From the NCBI GenBank assembly GCA_964646715.1, contig CAZYFC010000001.1, positions 1 to 33,088 on the forward strand: DNA of 33,088 nt. The letters run 5' to 3'. Source of the stretch: an uncultured Lachnospiraceae bacterium. Its GTDB lineage: Bacteria; Bacillota; Clostridia; Oscillospirales; CAG-272. Position numbers and translations under genes: made by a program. This document shows, piece after piece, positions 6,994 to 14,527 of the stretch (the stretch's first letter is position 1; every line of letters starts with the position of its first letter). The notes beneath the pieces are model-generated. The model worked only from the letters and a program-made list of their open reading frames with translations. It did not search any database and was not told where the DNA came from.

Positions 6994-9162
6994 TCATCTA
7001 TGCTCCATCACGGGATAGCCGCCGTCGCCTCGCGACCAACGGCAGAGCTGATCTGTCGAAGCACCGCCCGAGAGCGCGGTGAGCGATGCGTTCAACCTAT
7101 CGTGAAGCGTAGCAAGCTCATCATCGCTCACGGCAGTCTCGCTGCCGAATGACGTGCCCGCACTGCTTGCAAGGTAATAGTTGTGCGTGAATACGCCGCC
7201 TCGGTTTTCCATGAAGACGTTGATCGCTCCCGCGGATTCCGCTGCTGAAAGCGTGCCGACGAAGACGCAGCCCGAGACTGTACCGCCACCACTCTGATTC
7301 GAGGCTACGATGCCGCCCGCATTCTGTCCCGTCGAGGTCACAGCCATCGCCGACAGGCAGTTAACGATCTTGCCGTCGCGTCTTACCGAACGCGCTATGC
7401 CCGCCGCCTGTTGAAGGTTGGTTACGCTGCCTGTGGTGATGAGGTTCATGACCGTACCGGTCACGTAGGGGAAAATGCACTCGTCGTCTCCTGCGATCTC
7501 GGCATTGATGGCGTAGCCGTTGGCGTTATACACGCCGCCAAACGAGCCTTCCGCGCCAATGCCGTTATAGCCGGGATAGCCGACCATATCGATGTTCGCC
7601 GTCTGGAGGAAGTATTGACCGTCAAAGGTCGTGCCGTACATCATGGCGAGCGTCAATTCATAAAAATCCTTCGCACTCGAAACGAGATAGGGGTCACTTC
7701 TCGTACCGTTGCCGCCCGAGCCCTCGAAATCGGAGACCGTACCGTCGGGATCGGCGTCGACCTCTCCCTTGAAATACTTGTCAAGCCATGCAATACGCTC
7801 TTCAAGCCAGAGCGCAAGATATTCCGCATGCTCGTCGTGACTCTTCAGCATACGCACTTCCATCGGCTCGCGATTGATCTTCTGACCGAAGATCGGCCAC
7901 CGCTCGAAGTTTTCGTCAAACTCCTCCGAATAAAGTGCTGCCACTGCTCTGACGTAGGCAGGCAGAGCCGCAAGCTCCTCGGTGATCTCGTTCCATCTCG
8001 CTTCCACGCGCTTGTAGAACCATTCCTGCTGCATCAGCATCACGAACCATCTGTGCTGCTGGCTGTACTGATAGTAATCGGTGCCGACGTAGAGATATTC
8101 AGGTGTCGGAAAATAAGGGTCTCTGTCGTCAGTATCCGCGTTGCCCGCCGAAAGGTCAAAGTCCCAGACAGGGCCGAAATGCAGCTTGCCGCCGATATCG
8201 CGGTACATATAGAAGGAGCCCCAGCCCGCATCGAGGTTTTTCATGACCTCCTCGACGATATAGGTATCGACCATCGAGTCAATGTCTATCAGCTCGTCGA
8301 TGACTGCTTCGTTTCCGTCCCATACGGCGTAAAAGGCGTCTTCAAGCGTCATCTGAATGAACTCGTACTGACCGACGGTATAGATCTCGCTCTTGATCTC
8401 GTATTTATTGAAGCCGTCCGATACGGGAAGCTCGCTCGCCTGCGTGTCAAGCTCCACGAGAAAGCCGATCTCGTCCTCTTCGCTCATCGAATCGTCGACG
8501 TTCACACGGTAATCCTGTACCTGCATCTGCTCAGAGACCTGGTACACGCCGAGAAATTCCCCATTCAGATAGACCTTGGCAAAGCTGACCGAGGAGGTAT
8601 AGCCAATACCGGAAAGACTTCTTGCCAGCTTAAACGCGGCGGCGGTACGAAGCATGGATTGGTCGCAGTGCACGGCAAGGAGCGTCCATGAACGCGCAGG
8701 GCCGTTGCCCTGACCGAGCAGATTGACCTTCTCGGTAAATTTGATGCGATAGGACTTCTTCTCTGTACCGCTCCAGGAATAGTTGCCTCTGCCGCGGATC
8801 TCAAGCTCGGCTTCACTCAGGGCGTATGCTTCTTCTGTGTTGCCGATCGTCAGAGTACCGGGGATATAGACCTCCTTCGAGGTAATCGGCACGCCGTTGG
8901 TATCAATATGGAAAACAGGCATCTCTTCGGGAAGGCCATCGGTCAAGTCCCCCGAAGGTCGTGCCGTATTGCCCGAGCTGCTTGAAGAAGCGGTGGAATC
9001 GGGCGTTTCGTCACCGCTGCCCGATGCCGTGGTATCGGCGGTATCGGTCGTCTCGGCGGAAGACGTTTCGTCAGTCGTGCCAACGGCTTCACGGCAGGAA
9101 ACGGCAAAAGACAGAAGCATTGCAAAAAGAAGCAACCATGCAATGAGTTTGAGCTTTCTCAT
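6994..9162 (-). CDS. CotH kinase-family lipoprotein with a Gly-rich repeat (GLUG-like) C-terminal region
   Basis: Lipobox SFAVSC, then an S/T/D/E-rich linker. CotH-type core includes GRGNYSWSGTEKKSYRIKF. The last roughly 230 aa carry repeated AAGIARSV / AGGIVASN / SAGAINVF motifs (assignment tentative). Confidence 0.8.
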   Translation of the reverse strand: MRKLKLIAWLLLFAMLLSFAVSCREAVGTTDETSSAETTDTADTTASGSGDETPDSTASSSSSGNTARPSGDLTDGLPEEMPVFHIDTNGVPITSKEVYIPGTLTIGNTEEAYALSEAELEIRGRGNYSWSGTEKKSYRIKFTEKVNLLGQGNGPARSWTLLAVHCDQSMLRTAAAFKLARSLSGIGYTSSVSFAKVYLNGEFLGVYQVSEQMQVQDYRVNVDDSMSEEDEIGFLVELDTQASELPVSDGFNKYEIKSEIYTVGQYEFIQMTLEDAFYAVWDGNEAVIDELIDIDSMVDTYIVEEVMKNLDAGWGSFYMYRDIGGKLHFGPVWDFDLSAGNADTDDRDPYFPTPEYLYVGTDYYQYSQQHRWFVMLMQQEWFYKRVEARWNEITEELAALPAYVRAVAALYSEEFDENFERWPIFGQKINREPMEVRMLKSHDEHAEYLALWLEERIAWLDKYFKGEVDADPDGTVSDFEGSGGNGTRSDPYLVSSAKDFYELTLAMMYGTTFDGQYFLQTANIDMVGYPGYNGIGAEGSFGGVYNANGYAINAEIAGDDECIFPYVTGTVMNLITTGSVTNLQQAAGIARSVRRDGKIVNCLSAMAVTSTGQNAGGIVASNQSGGGTVSGCVFVGTLSAAESAGAINVFMENRGGVFTHNYYLASSAGTSFGSETAVSDDELATLHDRLNASLTALSGGASTDQLCRWSRGDGGYPVMEHR

Positions 9163-9225
9163 AAATCAGTCATCCTTTCGGTATGAAATGGCGCTTAACA
9201 GAACGAATTGAAAAGTCGTTTCAGT

Positions 9226-9254
9226 ATTATACCATATTTTTCACGCCTTGTCTA
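9226..9254 (-). promoter_or_regulatory. Sigma-A type promoter for the CotH-family gene
   Basis: Minus strand reads TAGACA (9254-9249), a 17-nt spacer, then TATAAT (9231-9226) with TGg (extended -10). Confidence 0.6.
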
Positions 9255-9341
9255 CTGCCCTTTTCAAGGTTTCACGAATAGTTTATAGCGCTCGGGAGCA
9301 AGCGTTTTTCAAAAAGCGCCCCGAAAAAAACAAAAAATCTC

Positions 9342-9370
9342 TTTACTCAAAAAGGGTTTTGTGTTAAGAT
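9342..9370 (+). promoter_or_regulatory. Sigma-A type promoter for mtaB
   Basis: TTTACT (9342-9347), a 17-nt spacer, then TAAGAT (9365-9370) with TGt (extended -10). GAGGTG RBS at 9381. Confidence 0.5.
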
Positions 9371-9393
9371 AAAGAAAAGTGAGGTGAAAACGC

Positions 9394-10677
9394 ATGACGG
9401 TTTCTTTTTTAACGCTCGGCTGTAAGGTGAATCAGTATGAAAGCGAGGCAATTGCCGAAGCGCTTGAACAAAAAGGCTTCAGCGTTCTGCCCTTCGGTGA
9501 ACGGGTGGACGCCACCGTCATCAACACCTGCGCCGTAACCACTGAGGGAGAACGCAAGGCAAGACAGATGGTACGCCGTGCGATCGCCTTTTCGCCGAAT
9601 GCCTGCATCGTGGTCATCGGATGTGCAAGCCAACTGCACCCCAACAGCTTTTCTGAGATTGAAGGCGTACACTGCGTACTCGGCAACGGCCGGAAGATGG
9701 CGGCAGTTGACGCCGTTCTCACCTATTTCGGCAAAGAAGCACCGCCCATCTCGATAGAAGGCTGCTTCTCACTCGATCGCTACGAGACCATGTCGATCGA
9801 AAAAAGCGAGCGCACGCGCGCGTATATCAAGATCGAGGACGGATGCGACTCAAAATGTGCCTATTGCATCATCCGCAAGGCGCGCGGCAAAATCAGAAGT
9901 CGCCCGATCGATGAGATCATTCGGGAAGCCCGACGCCTCACAGAAAAAGGCTACCGCGAGATCGTTCTGACGGGTATCGAGATCTCGTCATACGGTAAAG
10001 ATACAAAAAGCAGCCTGTTAACGCTTTTGGAGGCACTCGACAAGGTCGAGGGCATCGGCAGAATACGCCTCGGCTCACTTGACCCTGCCATCCTGAAGGA
10101 CAGCTTCATCAAACGCCTTGCCCTTATCACGCATCTATGCCATCACTTTCACCTGTCACTCCAAAGCGGTTGCTCGAAAACACTCGCCGCCATGCGCCGC
10201 AGGAACACCGCCGAGCAAGCAGAGCAAGCCATTGCCGCCATGCGAAAAGCCATGCCCGACGCTACCTTCACCGCCGACGTGATCGTCGGCTTTCCGGGCG
10301 AGAGCGAAGAGGACTTTGCCGTCACCGAAGCCTTTCTTGCGCGCGTAAAGCTGCTTGATTGCCACATCTTCGCCTTTTCCCCCCGTCCGGGCACCGAGGC
10401 GGCGGAGATGCCGCACCGGATCAGCGGGAAAGTTAAGGCAGAGCGCGAAAAGGTGCTTGCCAAAACGGTGGCACAGACGAAAGAGGAGATCCTCGCCGCC
10501 ATGCTCGGCAAAACAGTCGAGGTGCTTTTTGAAGAGAATAAAGACGGCTATGCTATCGGTCATACGGCAAACTATATCGAGGTCGCCCTTGAAACAAACG
10601 CACCTCTGCACAATTCTCTTGTCAACGTCAGAATCACATCAAGCGACAAAACACGTCTTGTCGGCGTTATAGAATGA
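9394..10677 (+). CDS. mtaB: tRNA (N6-threonylcarbamoyladenosine) methylthiotransferase, radical SAM
   Basis: N-terminal MTTase domain FLTLGCKVNQYESE, radical-SAM cluster motif CDSKCAYC, and a C-terminal TRAM-like region. Confidence 0.9.
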   Translation: MTVSFLTLGCKVNQYESEAIAEALEQKGFSVLPFGERVDATVINTCAVTTEGERKARQMVRRAIAFSPNACIVVIGCASQLHPNSFSEIEGVHCVLGNGRKMAAVDAVLTYFGKEAPPISIEGCFSLDRYETMSIEKSERTRAYIKIEDGCDSKCAYCIIRKARGKIRSRPIDEIIREARRLTEKGYREIVLTGIEISSYGKDTKSSLLTLLEALDKVEGIGRIRLGSLDPAILKDSFIKRLALITHLCHHFHLSLQSGCSKTLAAMRRRNTAEQAEQAIAAMRKAMPDATFTADVIVGFPGESEEDFAVTEAFLARVKLLDCHIFAFSPRPGTEAAEMPHRISGKVKAEREKVLAKTVAQTKEEILAAMLGKTVEVLFEENKDGYAIGHTANYIEVALETNAPLHNSLVNVRITSSDKTRLVGVIE

Positions 10678-10696
10678 TACCTTGTCCGTCATAAAC

Positions 10697-10729
10697 AATA
10701 CCGCATTCACGGCCCGTAAATGCGGTATT
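10697..10729 (-). terminator. Hairpin between convergent mtaB and upp, probably the upp terminator
   Basis: An 11-bp perfect stem AATACCGCATT / AATGCGGTATT. Only the minus-strand reading is followed by a short U-run (GTTTAT). Confidence 0.5.
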
Positions 10730-10766
10730 CGTCGTATATGCGTGAAAAAAGCGAATGAACGCTTTC

Positions 10767-11396
10767 TTAAAGCGTACCGAAGAGGCGGTCGCCTGCATCA
10801 CCGAGGCCGGGCGTGATATAGCCGCGGTCGTTGAGACAGTTATCGAGGCAAGCACAGTAGACGGGCACGTCGGGATGCGCCTCGGAAAAAGCCTTCAAGC
10901 CCTCGGGCGCAGCAATGAGGCAGACAAAGCTGATCTTTTTACCGCCGTGCTGTTTGATGAAATTGGCGGCGGCAATCGCTGAGCCGCCCGTTGCCAGCAT
11001 GGGATCGAGAAGAATGATCTGACGCTCGTCGATCTTTTTTGGTAGCTTGCAGTAATATTCGTGAGGCTCAAGCGTCTCTTCATCGCGGTAAAGACCGATA
11101 TGGCCGACGCAAGCGTTAGGCACCATATTGAGAATACCGTCCACCATGCCAAGCCCCGCACGCAGGATCGGCACAACGGCAATTGCCTCGCCTGCCAGCA
11201 TGCTGGCTTTGGCGGTCATAAGAGGCGTCGTGATCTCAACCTCTTCAAGCGGCAAGTCACGCAGTACCTCGTAGGACATAAACATCGTGATCTCGCTGAC
11301 AAGCTCGCGGAAATCCTTGCGGTTGGTATCCTTGGAGCGCAGAATAGACACCTTATGCTGAATAAGCGGATGGTCAAAAATCGTGACGTTAGACAT
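10767..11396 (-). CDS. upp: Uracil phosphoribosyltransferase
   Basis: [14 protein letters not shown] at the N-terminus and the PRPP loop [12 protein letters not shown]. The 209-aa length is typical. Confidence 0.95.
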   Translation of the reverse strand: MSNVTIFDHPLIQHKVSILRSKDTNRKDFRELVSEITMFMSYEVLRDLPLEEVEITTPLMTAKASMLAGEAIAVVPILRAGLGMVDGILNMVPNACVGHIGLYRDEETLEPHEYYCKLPKKIDERQIILLDPMLATGGSAIAAANFIKQHGGKKISFVCLIAAPEGLKAFSEAHPDVPVYCACLDNCLNDRGYITPGLGDAGDRLFGTL

Positions 11397-11440
11397 GTTT
11401 CATGATCCTTTCTGTCAATACTACTTGCTTTTCTAATGAA

Positions 11441-11469
11441 ATTTTAGCACAGAGCGTCTTTTTTGTCAA
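11441..11469 (-). promoter_or_regulatory. Sigma-A type promoter for upp
   Basis: Minus strand reads TTGACA (11469-11464), a 17-nt spacer, then TAAAAT (11446-11441) with TGc (extended -10). Confidence 0.7.
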
Positions 11470-11474
11470 CAGAT

Positions 11475-11522
11475 ATTTCGACAAAAGCAATCATGCGTAT
11501 TTCGACAAAAGCAATCATGCGT
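11475..11522. repeat. Exact 24-bp tandem duplication (2 copies) in the upp / DUF2974 intergenic region
   Basis: ATTTCGACAAAAGCAATCATGCGT at 11475-11498 is repeated identically at 11499-11522. Confidence 0.95.
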
Positions 11523-11567
11523 GCAAGGAGACGCCCTCCCTTCACTTGATTTTTACCATGATTTCTC

Positions 11568-11596
11568 TTGAAAAAAACGCAGGATCGGTATATAAT
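11568..11596 (+). promoter_or_regulatory. Sigma-A type promoter for the DUF2974 gene
   Basis: TTGAAA (11568-11573), a 17-nt spacer, then TATAAT (11591-11596). Confidence 0.7.
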
Positions 11597-11626
11597 AAGA
11601 GTAGCAAACGAAGGGAGGCGATAGCT

Positions 11627-12862
11627 TTGGCAAATATTCTCGACTATCTTGCATGGCGCGGTGATCTTTCCTTTGAAAAGGATGCCTTCAACGAAGTCGA
11701 TAATCTCATCCTCTCCGAGCTCTGCTTTTTTGATTTCGGTGAGATCATGTCAAAGGACGAGATCCTCAATCTCGGCACGGCTGTACACCTTCTCTCTGAA
11801 AAGCACGACATGAACACGCATCGTCTCGGTCTTTTCTTCACCTCATCCTTTGAAAAACTGCTCCTTGCGGCGGCAAAGAGCCACCGTTTCGGGGATACGC
11901 TCATCTCAAATCCGATCAGCGTTCACCAAGCATCTCCCGCGATGCAGTTTGCTGCCACGACCTTTTATCTGTCGGACGGCACGGCGTACGTCGCCTTTCG
12001 CGGTACAGACGACTATATCCTCGCCTGGAAGGAGAGCTTCACGCTCGGCATCAAGGACGAGATTCCGGGGCAAATTGCCGCACTTGCCTATCTGAAGCAG
12101 GTCTTGAAGACCACCGCAAAACCGATTCGCGTCGGCGGCCACTCCAAGGGCGGAAACCTCGCCCTCTACGCCGCTTTGCAGCTTTCGTCCGAGGAGCAGG
12201 AACGCCTCGTGGCAGTCTACAGCAACGATGGCCCCGGCTTTCGCAAAAACGTACGCAGCGAAGAGGCCTTTCTCAACCTGAAGGGGCGTTTTTACAGCAT
12301 GACGCCATACGTCTCTGTCGTGGGAGCTATGCTTGAGCACGGCGACGACAGCGACGTTATTGAAAGCGACGGCAAAGGCGCGTTTCAGCACGACGTTTTC
12401 AATTGGCATGTAGAATGCAATCGCCTCGTGCGCGTACCCGACCGCTCAAAGACAAGCAAAGAGTTTGAAGCCACGCTCAAGGCGTGGATCAACAAACTGC
12501 CGGATTGCGAAAAAGAGGTTTTTCTTGAAACGATGTATAAGCTCCTCACCTCATCGGGTGCCAAAACACTGAGCGAGCTCAACAATGACAAGCTGCGTGC
12601 CTCCTACAAATTTGCTTCCACGCTGTTGACGCTCGACAAAAACACGCGTGAGCTCGTGCTCCGTTGCCTTGCCCTGCTCTTCCGTGAGCGGCAGAACGTC
12701 CTCAAGGAGAGAAAACAGCAAACGAAGGACGGCAAAAAAACGTCCTCCACCGAAGAAGCGGAGGCAAACGAGCTGTTCGATGCAGTCAACGAAGCATTCG
12801 GAACAGCCACTCCCTCCGATCCGCCCCCAAAAAGCAAAAAGCCCCCGAGCAAGCGAAAATAG
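11627..12862 (+). CDS. DUF2974 (Mbeg1-like) alpha/beta-hydrolase-fold protein
   Basis: Family-typical N-terminus ANILDYLAWRGDLSF and nucleophile elbow GHSKGGNLALYAAL. I place the start at TTG 11627, with GGGAGG 7 nt upstream and the promoter at 11568-11596. The track ORF from 11402 would start upstream of that promoter. Confidence 0.75.
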   Translation: MANILDYLAWRGDLSFEKDAFNEVDNLILSELCFFDFGEIMSKDEILNLGTAVHLLSEKHDMNTHRLGLFFTSSFEKLLLAAAKSHRFGDTLISNPISVHQASPAMQFAATTFYLSDGTAYVAFRGTDDYILAWKESFTLGIKDEIPGQIAALAYLKQVLKTTAKPIRVGGHSKGGNLALYAALQLSSEEQERLVAVYSNDGPGFRKNVRSEEAFLNLKGRFYSMTPYVSVVGAMLEHGDDSDVIESDGKGAFQHDVFNWHVECNRLVRVPDRSKTSKEFEATLKAWINKLPDCEKEVFLETMYKLLTSSGAKTLSELNNDKLRASYKFASTLLTLDKNTRELVLRCLALLFRERQNVLKERKQQTKDGKKTSSTEEAEANELFDAVNEAFGTATPSDPPPKSKKPPSKRK

Positions 12863-12902
12863 CCTGTCGGGAGCAAGTTTCTGACGGTATTCACTGTTTT
12901 GT

Positions 12903-13841
12903 TCACACGTTCCCCGTCAGGGCGGTTTTCACCGCCTCATAATTCCGACGCATGAGCGAAAGATAACTCACCCCTGCGGCGATCTCCTCGGAAGAGACCT
13001 TGTGGCAGGAATGAAAGAGCGCAGTAACGGTGCCGCTTTCGGCGGCAATGCGCTCGGCAACCTCGTGCGTACCGCTTTCAATATAGAAGACCGTGCTGTA
13101 GCCCTCGCTTTTGATCAGTGAGATCAGAGCTGCCACGGTGTTCGGACTTGGCTCGGAGACCGAGCTACACCCCGGAAACGCCGCGTGGTAGGATACGCCG
13201 TAGCATTCGGCAAAATACAAAAAGGGAAAACGGTCACCGAAGATGAGCGTCGGCTCGCTCACCGAGGCAAACAGCGCCTCGAAATCGGCGTCAAGCGACC
13301 GAAGCTCCTCCTTATAAGCGGCGGCGTTTTCGGTATAAGCCTCGGCATAGTCGGGATCGACCGCCACAAGCGCTTCAAGAAGTGCGTCAACGATGAGAAG
13401 CGCATTCTTGGGCGAGGTCCAGACATGCTCGTCATAGCCTGCCTCGTGTCCCTCTCCCTCCTCGTGCCCCTCGTCCTCCTCAGCTTCAAGAAGCTCGACG
13501 CAATCGATCAGCCTGAAGGCATTGACGTCTTTGTTTTCGGCAAGGATCTCCTCGATCGCGGCATCCGATTCGCCGCCTACGTAGATAAAGAGATCGGCGT
13601 TTTGAATCTTCACAAGGTCGGCAAAGGTGGGATTGAAGCTGTGTGCATCCCCTGCCGCAAGAAATTCGAGCGAAACGCGCTCGTTGTCTCTGCCCACGAG
13701 CTCGGCGGCAAAATCATAGCCCGCGAAATTCACGGCAACTATATTGACCTCGGCATCGGGAATGGAGACGGTACATGCCGACAGGGCAAAAACACCTGCC
13801 AGCACAAGGCATACAGCCAACAAAACGGTGATTTTTTTCAT
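12903..13841 (-). CDS. Metal (zinc-type) ABC transporter substrate-binding lipoprotein, ZnuA/AdcA-like
   Basis: Lipobox FALSAC. A cluster-9 SBP layout with an acidic His-rich loop EEDEGHEEGEGHEAGYDEHVWTSP. Confidence 0.85.
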   Translation of the reverse strand: MKKITVLLAVCLVLAGVFALSACTVSIPDAEVNIVAVNFAGYDFAAELVGRDNERVSLEFLAAGDAHSFNPTFADLVKIQNADLFIYVGGESDAAIEEILAENKDVNAFRLIDCVELLEAEEDEGHEEGEGHEAGYDEHVWTSPKNALLIVDALLEALVAVDPDYAEAYTENAAAYKEELRSLDADFEALFASVSEPTLIFGDRFPFLYFAECYGVSYHAAFPGCSSVSEPSPNTVAALISLIKSEGYSTVFYIESGTHEVAERIAAESGTVTALFHSCHKVSSEEIAAGVSYLSLMRRNYEAVKTALTGNV

Positions 13842-13886
13842 GTGCGATCCTTTAACTTGAGATTGATCGGTTCCTTCGGGTAGCTC

Positions 13887-14399
13887 TCATCCGTCTCTTT
13901 CGGTGTGCGAGGCGTGATGACATTCGTGACCGTGGCGGCACGCCTCACCCGAACAGGCGTGAGAGGACGTCTCGGCAAGGTGGAGGCGTTTTGGATCAAC
14001 GAGTCCCGCATCACGGCAGGTGCGGCAGAAGCCATAGAGCACGGTACGCGACACGTCGATCGCGAAGTCGTGGCCTTCGGCGATATGTGCCCCCACCGAC
14101 TGCATCATTGAGCAGTCAAGATGCACGATCTTGCCGCAAACGAGGCATTTGAGGTGAAAATGGCTGTTACAGGCCTCTTTGCCGTTATACTGATACAGCG
14201 CGCCGCCCCCTGCACCGACGTATTTTTTGATGCTACCGTCAGCAGTCAATTTGGCAAGACAGCGAAAGACAGTTGCCTCACCAACCGCAATTTCGGGGTT
14301 TTCAATAATGTCCTTTGCCGAAAGACAAGCGTCCGGATTGGCGGCAAAGAAGGCAAGAATGCTGTCTCGTTGCTTGGTGCGATAAGATTTTTCAGCCAT
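13887..14399 (-). CDS. Fur-family metalloregulator (Zur-like) with a Cys/His-rich C-terminal extension
   Basis: wHTH region YRTKQRDSIL...VFRCL, and a structural Zn site CLVCGK...CRTC. The tail reads HLAETSSHACSGEACRHGHECHHASH. The start is at ATG 14399, with GGGGAG 7 nt upstream. Confidence 0.85.
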   Translation of the reverse strand: MAEKSYRTKQRDSILAFFAANPDACLSAKDIIENPEIAVGEATVFRCLAKLTADGSIKKYVGAGGGALYQYNGKEACNSHFHLKCLVCGKIVHLDCSMMQSVGAHIAEGHDFAIDVSRTVLYGFCRTCRDAGLVDPKRLHLAETSSHACSGEACRHGHECHHASHTERDG

Positions 14400-14451
14400 A
14401 GATCTTCTCCCCAACGAGCATCAGCTCGTTAAATTTGATATTGACTATCAT

Positions 14452-14480
14452 ATTGTAATCGCAAGTGCACGATTTGTCAA
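14452..14480 (-). promoter_or_regulatory. Sigma-A type promoter for the Zur-like/ZnuA-like operon, with a pseudo-palindrome in the spacer (candidate operator)
   Basis: Minus strand reads TTGACA (14480-14475), a 17-nt spacer, then TACAAT (14457-14452). The spacer contains AATCG-TGCACTTG-CGATT (14457-14474). Confidence 0.6.
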
Positions 14481-14527
14481 TAGCTTTTTGAAAAAAAACA
14501 AGTAACCCACGCAAGGAGACTGACCCG

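Noticed and set aside
7411-8691. A 426-aa plus-strand ORF. Similar long antisense ORFs occur at 13185-13883 (+), 15469-16599 (-), 16830-17900 (-), 25993-26712 (+), 29701-30519 (+) and 31677-32765 (+).
   Set aside because: Each lies wholly inside, and antisense to, a gene with strong motif support (CotH, ZnuA-like, copA, reductase, cimA, recG, oppF). The compositions are R/V/G/A-rich with no recognisable motifs and no translation signals.
11402-11626. N-terminal extension of the DUF2974 ORF, including a repeated YFDKSNHA peptide.
   Set aside because: The repeated peptide is just the translation of the 24-bp intergenic tandem repeat. The segment lies upstream of the gene's own promoter (11568-11596) and overlaps the divergent upp promoter. 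Family-typical N-terminus and a GGGAGG RBS support the TTG start at 11627.
12604-12906. A 100-aa minus-strand ORF overlapping the ZnuA-like stop codon (GTGA overlap).
   Set aside because: It has a GTG start with no RBS, lies antisense to the DUF2974 C-terminus, and gives a low-complexity Ser/Phe/Leu-rich product.
14400-14527. A search for a CsoR-type (GC-rich pseudo-palindrome) or CopY-type (TACAnnTGTA) copper operator upstream of copA.
   Set aside because: Neither motif is present. The only palindromes are the AATCG-N8-CGATT element and the AACGAGC/GCTCGTT hairpin, both reported separately.
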